Assembly (NCBI GenBank): GCA_945928315.1 | Contig: CAMENN010000001.1 | Span: 142-64,141, forward strand | Direction: 5' to 3' | Source of the DNA: an uncultured Clostridia bacterium | Lineage (GTDB): Bacteria; Bacillota; Clostridia; Christensenellales; Aristaeellaceae | Length of the DNA: 64,000 nt | Shown: positions 8,782 to 16,252 of the stretch, in pieces | Layout of the letters: every line of letters starts with the position of its first letter | Position numbering within the stretch: position 1 is the stretch's first letter | Translations under genes and position numbers: made by a program | The notes under the pieces: generated by a model | Databases searched by the model: none | What the model saw: only the letters and a program-made list of their open reading frames with translations | What the model was told of the DNA's origin: nothing

Positions 8782-8976
8782 ATGAAGAGGCTGTCGGGCC
8801 AAGAATCCAGACATTCCAAGCAAAAACTAAGAGGGTTTGCGCCCGAAGGTTTCCAAAGGGCGATCGGAAAGCCCTTTGGCGGGGCGTTGGGGCAGAGCCC
8901 CAAGCTCGAAAAAGCCTGTTATTCTTAGAAAAGCTGCTTTATGGAATGTTCAGAATCAGCCTGACAGCCTCTTCAT
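8782..8976. repeat. ~195-nt palindromic element between the SBP and permease genes
   Basis: ATGAAGAGGCTGTC (8782-8795) is the perfect inverse complement of 8963-8976. Internal hairpins at 8853-8879 and 8887-8903. Confidence 0.8.
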
Positions 8977-9017
8977 GGATATGGTGGCAGGCTGCATGAA
9001 CGGCTTTGCACATCAGC

Positions 9018-9177
9018 CCCGTCTCAATCGTAGACCGCTTCGCGGTCTGCTCTGAGACTACGTTTTCTTATGGTGTTTTGGGACTGCCGTCCCAAACCCT
9101 GCCAAGGGGCGTTGCCCCTTGATCCCACCAGGGACATTGTCCCTGGACCCTTCTTCGCTTCGCGCTGCTTGAAGCAG
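9018..9177 (-). repeat. Delta-type hairpin-train repeat R3
   Basis: GTCTCA-[AGACCGC-TTC-GCGGTCT]-TGAGAC head, then TTTGGGAC-TGCC-GTCCCAAA, AAGGGGC-GTT-GCCCCTT and CCAGGGA-CATTG-TCCCTGG, then CCCTTCTTCGCTTCGCGC (alpha reverse complement). Confidence 0.85.
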
Positions 9178-9223
9178 TTTTGCAATTCTTTAACCCCACT
9201 TCCAAAGTCAAAGGCGGGAATCT

Positions 9224-11050
9224 ATGAAACGCAATCATCCCGATGACCTCACCCGCGAGCCGCTCGTCTACCGGCTGCGCGCCTTCGTGTGCAAGCCCGC
9301 TAACCTGCTGCTCGTCTTCTTCCTCTGCGTGCTCGTCGTGCTCTCCCTCTTCCCGATGGTCACCATGCTCAGCAACATGTTCACCATCCACCTGGGCACC
9401 GAGAAAAAAATCACGCGCCTGCCCACCGGCTCCTGGACCCTCATCCACTTTCAGAACCTCTTCAAGGGCAATGAGTGGAGCCGCGTCAATTTCTGGGACC
9501 CGCTGCGCAACTCGTTCATCGTCGCCTTCGGCGCGGGCCTGCTCGGCATCGCCATCGGCGGCACCGTCGCCTGGTTTGTGACGCGCTCGGACCTCAAATG
9601 CAAGAAGTTCATCTCCTCCGTGTTCGTCTTCCCCTACATGATGCCCGCCTGGACGCTCGCCCTCTTCTGGACCAACATGTTCCAGAACAGCAGGGTCGGC
9701 GGCGGCAACATCGGCATGGTGGAGTCCATCTTCGGCATCTGCATGCCGGAGTGGTTCGTCTACGGCCTGTTCCCGATGGTCGTGGTCATCGGCCTGCACT
9801 ACTCGCCGTTCGCGTATCTGCTCATCGGCGGCATCCTCAAAAACATGGACGCCACGCTCGAGGAGAGCGCCACCATCCTCAAGGCCAACCGCGCCACGAT
9901 CATCCGCCGCGTGACGATCCCCATCGTCATGCCGGCCATCCTCTCGACCTTCCTGCTGATCTTCTCCTCCGGCTTCAGCTCCTACACCGTGCCGGTGTTC
10001 CTGGGCTCGGCGGTCAAGTGCTACACCCTCTCCACCAAGATGCGCGCGCTCATTCAGGCGGGCTATCAGGGGCAGGGCTACATCATCGCGTTCATCTCCA
10101 TCCTGCTGGGCTGCATCATCCTGGGTATCAACCAGTGGTTCACCGGCAAGCGCAAGTCCTTCACCACCGTGACGGGCAAGAGCGGCCAGGTCTCGCTGGT
10201 GAAGCTCGGGCGCGCCAACTGGCCCATCACCATCGTGCTGATCGTGTTCATCCTGTTCGTGGCGATCATGCCGCTGATCAGCTTCGCGCTGGAGAGCGTC
10301 ATCCGCCAGCCGGGCAATTACAGCCTCTCCAACATGACGCTCCACTTCTGGATCGGCACGGAGGACTCCGCCTATGAGACGGGCATGATCGCGGGCATCC
10401 TGCTCAACACGACGATGTGGAACGCGCTCGGCCGTCAGGTGCTGCTGGCGCTGACGGTGGCGCTCATTGTGGGCACCAGCGGCATGCTCATCGGCTATGC
10501 CTGCGTGCGCCGCCGCGGCTCGAAGCTGGCCCGCCTCGTGGAGAGCCTCGCGTTCTTCCCGTACCTCATGCCCGCGATGGCCTTCGGCACGATCTACCTC
10601 GCCGTGGCCACGGGCGATCAGTTCAAGTTCCTCTACGGCACCTTCGGCCTTCTGGTCATCGTGGCCTCGGTCAAGTTCCTGCCGTTCGCCTCGCGCTCGG
10701 GCGTCAACAGCATGCTGCAAATCGCCCCGGAGATCGAGGAGGCCGCCATCATCTTCGGCGTGCCCTGGCGCAAGCGCATGACGCGTATCCTCTTCCCCAT
10801 CCAGAAGAGCAGCATCCTCTCGGGCTACCTGCTGCCGGTCATCTCCGTGATGCGCGAGGTGGCGCTCTTCACGCTGCTGGTGCCCTACGCCCGCTACCTG
10901 CTGACCACGATGCTCTTCTCCTTCAACGAGACGGGCTATGCCCAGTACGGCAGCGCGGTCACGCTGCTGATCATCCTGATCATCATGCTCATCAACGCCA
11001 TCACCAACAAGCTGACGGGCGCATCGTTCGACAAAGGAATCGGAGGCTGA
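9224..11050 (+). CDS. ABC transporter permease, fused two-domain (FbpB/ThiP-like)
   Basis: 608 aa with about 12 hydrophobic segments and two repeated permease halves. Confidence 0.85.
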   Translation: MKRNHPDDLTREPLVYRLRAFVCKPANLLLVFFLCVLVVLSLFPMVTMLSNMFTIHLGTEKKITRLPTGSWTLIHFQNLFKGNEWSRVNFWDPLRNSFIVAFGAGLLGIAIGGTVAWFVTRSDLKCKKFISSVFVFPYMMPAWTLALFWTNMFQNSRVGGGNIGMVESIFGICMPEWFVYGLFPMVVVIGLHYSPFAYLLIGGILKNMDATLEESATILKANRATIIRRVTIPIVMPAILSTFLLIFSSGFSSYTVPVFLGSAVKCYTLSTKMRALIQAGYQGQGYIIAFISILLGCIILGINQWFTGKRKSFTTVTGKSGQVSLVKLGRANWPITIVLIVFILFVAIMPLISFALESVIRQPGNYSLSNMTLHFWIGTEDSAYETGMIAGILLNTTMWNALGRQVLLALTVALIVGTSGMLIGYACVRRRGSKLARLVESLAFFPYLMPAMAFGTIYLAVATGDQFKFLYGTFGLLVIVASVKFLPFASRSGVNSMLQIAPEIEEAAIIFGVPWRKRMTRILFPIQKSSILSGYLLPVISVMREVALFTLLVPYARYLLTTMLFSFNETGYAQYGSAVTLLIILIIMLINAITNKLTGASFDKGIGG

Positions 11051-11054
11051 CACC

Positions 11055-12167
11055 ATGCCGGAAATCATCCTGGAAAATGTGACGAAGAAATTTGAAAAGT
11101 TCGTGGCGGTGGACAATCTCTGCCTGCACATCGCCGACCGCGGCTTTGTGACGCTGCTGGGCCCCTCCGGCTGCGGCAAGACGACCACGCTGCGCATGAT
11201 CGCGGGTCTGGAGACGCCGACCAGCGGCCGGATTCTGATCGACGGCAAGCCGGTCTTCGACTCGAAGAAGGGCGTGAACGTCCCGCCGAACAAGCGCGAC
11301 ATCGGCTTCCTGTTCCAGAACTACGCGCTCTGGCCGCACATGACGGTGTATGAGAACATCGCCTTCGGCCTGGAGATGCTCAAGTGGGACAAGGCGAAGA
11401 TCCGAAAGCGCGTGGATGAGCTGCTCGCGCTGCTGAAGATCGAGCAGTTTGAGAAGCGATACCCCTCGGAGCTTTCCGGCGGCCAGCAGCAGCGCGTGGC
11501 CATCGCGCGCACGCTGGCGCCCAGCCCGAAGGTGCTCTTCATGGACGAGCCGCTCTCCAACCTCGACGCGAAGCTGCGTCAGGAGATGCGCGCAGAGCTC
11601 AAGCGCCTGCATTCGGACACCAACTCCACGTTCGTCTACGTCACGCACGACCAGCTCGAGGCGATGACGCTTTCCACGCAGGTCTGCCTGATGAACACGG
11701 GCCTTCTGCAGCAGTACGCTCCGCCGCTGACGATCTACAACGCCCCGGCGAACCTGTTCGTGGCGGAGTTCGTGGGCAACCCGACGATGAACTTCATCCC
11801 GGCGAGGGTGGTGAGCGCGGACAGCTGCGTGGTGACGCTCGACGTGCTGGGCAAGCGCGCGGTCTTCAGCGCGCAGGCGCCGGTGACGGGTCTTTCTCAG
11901 GAGGCGGTGCTCGGCGTGCGGCCGGAGTTCCTGCCGCTGACGGACGACGGGCCGATCGAGGGGCGCGTCTACTCGACGCTGCCCACGGGCATGGAGACGA
12001 CGCTGCGGGTGGCCTGCGGCGGCGCGATGCTCACCAGCGTGGTGTTTGGCAGCGTCGATTACCCGGTGGATACGCCGGTGCGCCTGTCGATGACCGGCAG
12101 CCGGCTCGTGCTCTTTGACAAGGCCAGCGGGAAGAGCGTCGGCGTGGGCAGCGTAGAAATGGCTTAA
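11055..12167 (+). CDS. ABC transporter ATP-binding protein (PotA/FbpC/MalK-like)
   Basis: Walker A GPSGCGKTT, signature LSGGQQQRV, Walker B LFMDEP. C-terminal regulatory/TOBE-like domain. Confidence 0.92.
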   Translation: MPEIILENVTKKFEKFVAVDNLCLHIADRGFVTLLGPSGCGKTTTLRMIAGLETPTSGRILIDGKPVFDSKKGVNVPPNKRDIGFLFQNYALWPHMTVYENIAFGLEMLKWDKAKIRKRVDELLALLKIEQFEKRYPSELSGGQQQRVAIARTLAPSPKVLFMDEPLSNLDAKLRQEMRAELKRLHSDTNSTFVYVTHDQLEAMTLSTQVCLMNTGLLQQYAPPLTIYNAPANLFVAEFVGNPTMNFIPARVVSADSCVVTLDVLGKRAVFSAQAPVTGLSQEAVLGVRPEFLPLTDDGPIEGRVYSTLPTGMETTLRVACGGAMLTSVVFGSVDYPVDTPVRLSMTGSRLVLFDKASGKSVGVGSVEMA

Positions 12168-12169
12168 AA

Positions 12170-12306
12170 CCGCGCGAAGCGAGGAAGGGGGTCTGGGGAC
12201 TGGTCCCCAGGCTAGGGGTTTGGGGGATGAAATCCCCCAACGTCCCCCCTATCGCGAAGCGATCCAAAAAGAAAGCAGTCAGGGAGCGAAGCGGGACCTG
12301 ACGGGG
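12170..12306 (+). repeat. Composite hairpin repeat R4 (alpha - beta - gamma, no insertion; archetype)
   Basis: Nearly identical by eye to 36514-36643. Confidence 0.92.
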
Positions 12307-12343
12307 ACTCCCCGCAGACCCCCGCTCCATCCGCTGAACACAC

Positions 12344-12380
12344 AGGCCGCCGCGAAGCATGCACTTCGCGGCGGCCTTTT
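12344..12380 (+). terminator. Intrinsic terminator of the FbpABC-like operon
   Basis: AGGCCGCCGCGAAG-CATGCA-CTTCGCGGCGGCCT plus TTT. Confidence 0.85.
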
Positions 12381-12551
12381 CATGCCATATAGGGAATTGC
12401 GTCAAAGCGTCGTACGGCGAGCACCGGGAGACAGTACTTGACCAAGCTGTTCGGAAGTGGGGGGTGGGCACGGCCCGCTTTGCCCGTTTTCGTCTCTTCT
12501 GCTCAAAGATTCCCTTAAAAATACTGTGACTTTTTCCAAGAACTTTTCCTC

Positions 12552-12580
12552 TTCCACTCCATACGCGCATCGGCTACAAT
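12552..12580 (+). promoter_or_regulatory. Candidate promoter reading into R5 and the GNAT operon
   Basis: TTCCAC, 17 nt, TACAAT, in an AT-rich patch. Confidence 0.45.
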
Positions 12581-12604
12581 ATAATTAGTATTTTGTCACC
12601 CTTC

Positions 12605-12894
12605 ATACTATTCTCACTCAATTCGAACCTTCAGAAAACTCCCCGTCAGGTAACGCTTCGCTCCCTGACTACTTTTCTTGGATCGCTTCGCGTTAATGGA
12701 TACGTTGGGGGATTTCATCCCCCAACCCCCTAGCCTGGGACCGAAGCCTGCCGCCGCCAGTGGCGGATGAAGGCAGGCGGAGCGTCGGAAATCGCAAGGA
12801 GTGCCGTTCACGGCACGACTATGCGAGTTTCCCGGGGTCCCCGGACCCCTTTCTCGCTTCGCGCCCATAGCTCGTCTTTATGTGAGAATAGTAT
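12605..12894 (-). repeat. Composite hairpin repeat R5 with 13-bp flanking inverted repeats
   Basis: Gamma, beta and alpha are reverse-complemented (12641-12866), while M2 copy d (12741-12835) is on the + strand. ATACTATTCTCAC (12605-12617) is the inverse of GTGAGAATAGTAT (12882-12894). Confidence 0.88.
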
Positions 12895-12919
12895 CACCGC
12901 GTCAAGGAGGTATGCCCCT

Positions 12920-13972
12920 ATGAATATCCGCACCCTGGAGCCCCGCGACATCCCCGCCGCCGTCTTCCTGTGGAACGCCAGCGTCCGCGACGGCGAGGTC
13001 GTCTACGCCGACATCACCCCCGCCTACTTCCATCAGAAGTTCGAGCTCGACCCCAACTATGACCCGGAATTCTCGCTGGTCGCCGAGGAGGACGGCGAGG
13101 TCGTCGGCTTCATCAACGGCATCGCCAAAAAGGTCTTCCTCGACCGCGAGACGAACGAAAACTCCCCCGGCTATATCACCTGCTTCTTCGTGCGCCGGGA
13201 CCGCCGCGGCCGCGGCACGGGCCGCGCGCTCGTGGACGCCCTCTGCGCCCGGTTCGCCGCGCACGGCAAGCGCACCGTCGCCGTCTCCAACGACAACCCC
13301 GTCAACCTCGACTGGCGCATCCCCGGCACGCCCGGCCATGACCACAACAACACCCCCGGCGTCGATACCGAATGCCCCGGCTATGGCTTCCTGCAGGCCC
13401 TCGGCTTTGGTGAGCGCGTCCGCGAAATCGCCATGTACCTGAACCTCGCCGAATACACCCCGTGGGAGGGCCTCAAAGAAAAGCAGGCCGAGTTGCTCTC
13501 GCAGGGCATCTACACCGGGCGCTATGACCCCAGCCTCGGCTATGACTACGACCTGATGTGCGACCACGTCGGCAGCGAATACTGGCGCGCCGTCATCCGC
13601 TCGGAGCTGGCCTGCTGGAAGGAAAACCGCCCCAATACCGATGTGCGCTTCATCCCCAACGGCACCAAGGTGCCCGCCGGGCCGCGGCCCATGCTCGTGG
13701 CCACCAGCGGCGAGCGCATCGTCGCCTTCACCGGCCCCGTTGACAAGCAGGACAGCGGACGCGGCTGGTTCTGCGGCATCATGACCGATCCGGAGTTTGA
13801 GCGCCGCGGCATCGCCTCCGTGCTCTTCAACCTGCTGATGCAGGAGTTCGTCGCCGAGGGCGCCGCGTTCAGCACGCTCTTCACCGGCGACAGCAACCAC
13901 GCCCAGCGCATCTACAAGCGCGCAGGCTTTGACGTCGTGCGGCGCTTCGCGCTCATGGGTAAATCCCTCTGA
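12920..13972 (+). CDS. GNAT-family N-acetyltransferase, two-domain
   Basis: Start moved to ATG 12920 (RBS AAGGAGG at 12904-12910); the track ORF start at 12767 lies inside repeat R5. Contains RRGRGTGRAL and ERRGIASVLF acetyl-CoA-binding-type motifs. Confidence 0.8.
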   Translation: MNIRTLEPRDIPAAVFLWNASVRDGEVVYADITPAYFHQKFELDPNYDPEFSLVAEEDGEVVGFINGIAKKVFLDRETNENSPGYITCFFVRRDRRGRGTGRALVDALCARFAAHGKRTVAVSNDNPVNLDWRIPGTPGHDHNNTPGVDTECPGYGFLQALGFGERVREIAMYLNLAEYTPWEGLKEKQAELLSQGIYTGRYDPSLGYDYDLMCDHVGSEYWRAVIRSELACWKENRPNTDVRFIPNGTKVPAGPRPMLVATSGERIVAFTGPVDKQDSGRGWFCGIMTDPEFERRGIASVLFNLLMQEFVAEGAAFSTLFTGDSNHAQRIYKRAGFDVVRRFALMGKSL

Positions 13973-13996
13973 CCGCCCGCGCAAAGGAGCATCGCC

Positions 13997-16192
13997 ATGT
14001 ATACCTCCCGGCTGCACGCCACCAACGGCGTGGTCACCCTCGACTTTGACGCCCTGAGCGGCGAGCTGCTCGCCTTCGTGCGCGAGAGCACCGCCGACAA
14101 CCTGCTCAAGAACTACGCCACGCGCGCCCATTCCCCGCTGGACGGCATGCTGCTTTGCGACGGCGCGCCCCGGCGCTTCCATGCGCCGCGCTACGCCGAC
14201 ATCCGGCTGCATCCGGAGCTCCGCCCCGCCATCACCGTCCGGCAGGAGGCGCGCGAGGCCAGCGTCACCCTGCGCTATCCCGCGCTCGTCGCGGACGGGG
14301 AGCCGCTCGCGCTCAGCGCGGAGGTCACCGTCGCCCTGCCGGAGGGCGACTGCCGCACCCTCTGGACGCTGACGCTCGACAACCGCACCGGCTGCGAGGT
14401 GGACGACGTCGCCTTCCCCGCCATCGACGGCGCATGGCTGGGCGAATTCTGGCAGGACGACGTGCTCGTCTATCCGCACTTCGCCGGATGCCGCGTCGAT
14501 AACCCGACCGAGCAGCTGGCCTCCGCACCGGAGCTGATTCACTGGAAGTGGCAGGAGTACATCTACTGCTACAACGTCGGGCAGGAGACCGGCACGCGGG
14601 ACGAGCGCGGCGCGTACGTCCGCCGCCTCAACTACTCCGGCGAGGCCTCGATGATGTGGATGGACCTGTACGATCCCGCCGAGGGCACGGGCCTGTACAT
14701 CGCCTGCCGCGACGAGACGATGGCGATGAAGTCACTGCGCATGGAGTCCTTCGGCCGCGGCGACCCGGGCTGCGGGCTGGCGATCCTGCACCGGCCTGCG
14801 CTGGGCGAGGGCACCTGGACGAGCGCCCCCTGTGTGCTCGCCTTCCACGAGGGCGACTGGCACTGGGCCGCCGACGACTACCGCGCGTGGTTTGCGTCGC
14901 TTCACCGCCCATCCCATGCCCGCCCGGCGTGGTTCGAGATGAGTCCCGGCCTCATGGCCCACTACGACTTCCAGTATCAGGGCGGCGGCATCGTCCACCG
15001 CTATGCCGACATCCCGGAGCTGATGAAAAAGGCGCAGGAAATGGGCATCAATCACCTGCTGCTCTCCGGCTGGAACATGGACGGCTTTGACTTCGGTTTC
15101 CCGCACTACACGCCCAACCCGAATCTGGGCACCGAGCAGGAGCTGCGCGACGCGATCGCGGCGTGCCGGCGCATGGGTGGGCACGTCAGCTTCTACATCA
15201 ACGCCCGCCTGTGCAACACAGGCTTCGCCGACCAGCAGCAGTGCATTGCCGAGGGCGCGGTCATGCAGCGGGATGGCAAGCTGTGGATTGAGAAGTACGG
15301 CGCGGACGACCTGTCCTTCGCCTCCATGTGCATCGGCGACAGGCGTTGGCGGGACTTCCTGGCGGACACCGTGCGCTATCTCACCCACGACATCGGCGCA
15401 GACAGCATGTACCTCGACCAGTTCGCCATGAGCACGTCGGTCAAGTGCTATCACCCGGAGCACGAGCACACGGGCAATCCCTGCGCCTGGAACCAAGGCT
15501 ATGAGCGCCTGCTCGACCAGCTGGAGCCGGACTACGCCCCGGAGGGCCTGGCGCTGCTCTACGAGGGCTGCAACGATGCCTTCGGCCCGCGCGCCAGCGG
15601 CCAGCTCGTCTCCGAGCTGCACTGCCCGTTCCGCGGCCGCATGCCGGAGGTCTACAAGTACACCTTTCCCGACCAGATCCTCATGGACATGATGAACCCG
15701 CGCCGCCGCTCGGCGATGCGTCCGGAGCACATCGCCCGCCACTCCACGGAGCTGCTGCACAACGCGTTCACCATGGGCGCGTACCTGTGGTGCTACGACC
15801 TCGAGGAGGACAACTGCTGGCGCGGCGACGACGAGGCGATGGCGCGGCTGACGGGCATCCTCGCGCTGCGGCGCGCGTGGCTGGAGCGCTACGGGCAGGG
15901 CCGCTTCACCGACACCGTCGGCCTCAAGGACATCCCGAAGGGCTGCCAGGTGCGGCGCTTCGCGCTTGAGGACGGCCTGCTGCTGGCCTGCGCCGGCGAG
16001 AAGGGGCTGCACGGCGCCGTGCTCGCGCGCTGGGACGGCAGGGGAAAGCCGCGCTGTGAGGCCATGACCCAGCAGTGGCCCACGCCCATGCCGTATCCCT
16101 GCCTGCTGAGCGAGATGGACGGCGTCACCTGGGCGGAGGTTCCGCTGCCGCAGGACGAGACGGCCGTCATCGCGCTGCGGGAGGCGGACTGA
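13997..16192 (+). CDS. GH-like TIM-barrel protein of unknown function (DUF6259-like), paralogue of 34426-36483
   Basis: 731 aa. The central segment INHLLLSGWNMDGFDFGFPHYTPNPNLGTEQELRDAIAACRRMGGHVSFYIN ... GADSMYLDQFA is typical of glycoside-hydrolase-like barrels. The family name is from memory. Confidence 0.6.
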   Translation: MYTSRLHATNGVVTLDFDALSGELLAFVRESTADNLLKNYATRAHSPLDGMLLCDGAPRRFHAPRYADIRLHPELRPAITVRQEAREASVTLRYPALVADGEPLALSAEVTVALPEGDCRTLWTLTLDNRTGCEVDDVAFPAIDGAWLGEFWQDDVLVYPHFAGCRVDNPTEQLASAPELIHWKWQEYIYCYNVGQETGTRDERGAYVRRLNYSGEASMMWMDLYDPAEGTGLYIACRDETMAMKSLRMESFGRGDPGCGLAILHRPALGEGTWTSAPCVLAFHEGDWHWAADDYRAWFASLHRPSHARPAWFEMSPGLMAHYDFQYQGGGIVHRYADIPELMKKAQEMGINHLLLSGWNMDGFDFGFPHYTPNPNLGTEQELRDAIAACRRMGGHVSFYINARLCNTGFADQQQCIAEGAVMQRDGKLWIEKYGADDLSFASMCIGDRRWRDFLADTVRYLTHDIGADSMYLDQFAMSTSVKCYHPEHEHTGNPCAWNQGYERLLDQLEPDYAPEGLALLYEGCNDAFGPRASGQLVSELHCPFRGRMPEVYKYTFPDQILMDMMNPRRRSAMRPEHIARHSTELLHNAFTMGAYLWCYDLEEDNCWRGDDEAMARLTGILALRRAWLERYGQGRFTDTVGLKDIPKGCQVRRFALEDGLLLACAGEKGLHGAVLARWDGRGKPRCEAMTQQWPTPMPYPCLLSEMDGVTWAEVPLPQDETAVIALREAD

Positions 16193-16252
16193 CGCAGCTT
16201 TCCCGCCTGTCTGCGCCCTGAGCACGCCCATCCCCGAAAGGAGCCTGTTTCC

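Noticed and set aside
12621-12629. GGTTCGAAT (minus strand), resembling a tRNA T-loop
   Set aside because: There is no flanking 5-bp T-stem, no acceptor, D or anticodon arms, and no cloverleaf can be drawn. The equivalent position in R7 reads GGTTTTCGAAC.
12767-12919. N-terminal extension of the GNAT ORF into repeat R5. This includes the M2-internal AAGGAG (12796-12801) and ATG (12821), which is in frame with the GNAT gene.
   Set aside because: The extension is repeat sequence. The SD-to-ATG distance is 19 nt across a hairpin, and the ATG is absent from M2 copy b. The GNAT domain starts right after ATG 12920, which has its own strong RBS. The in-frame arrangement is most simply coincidence.
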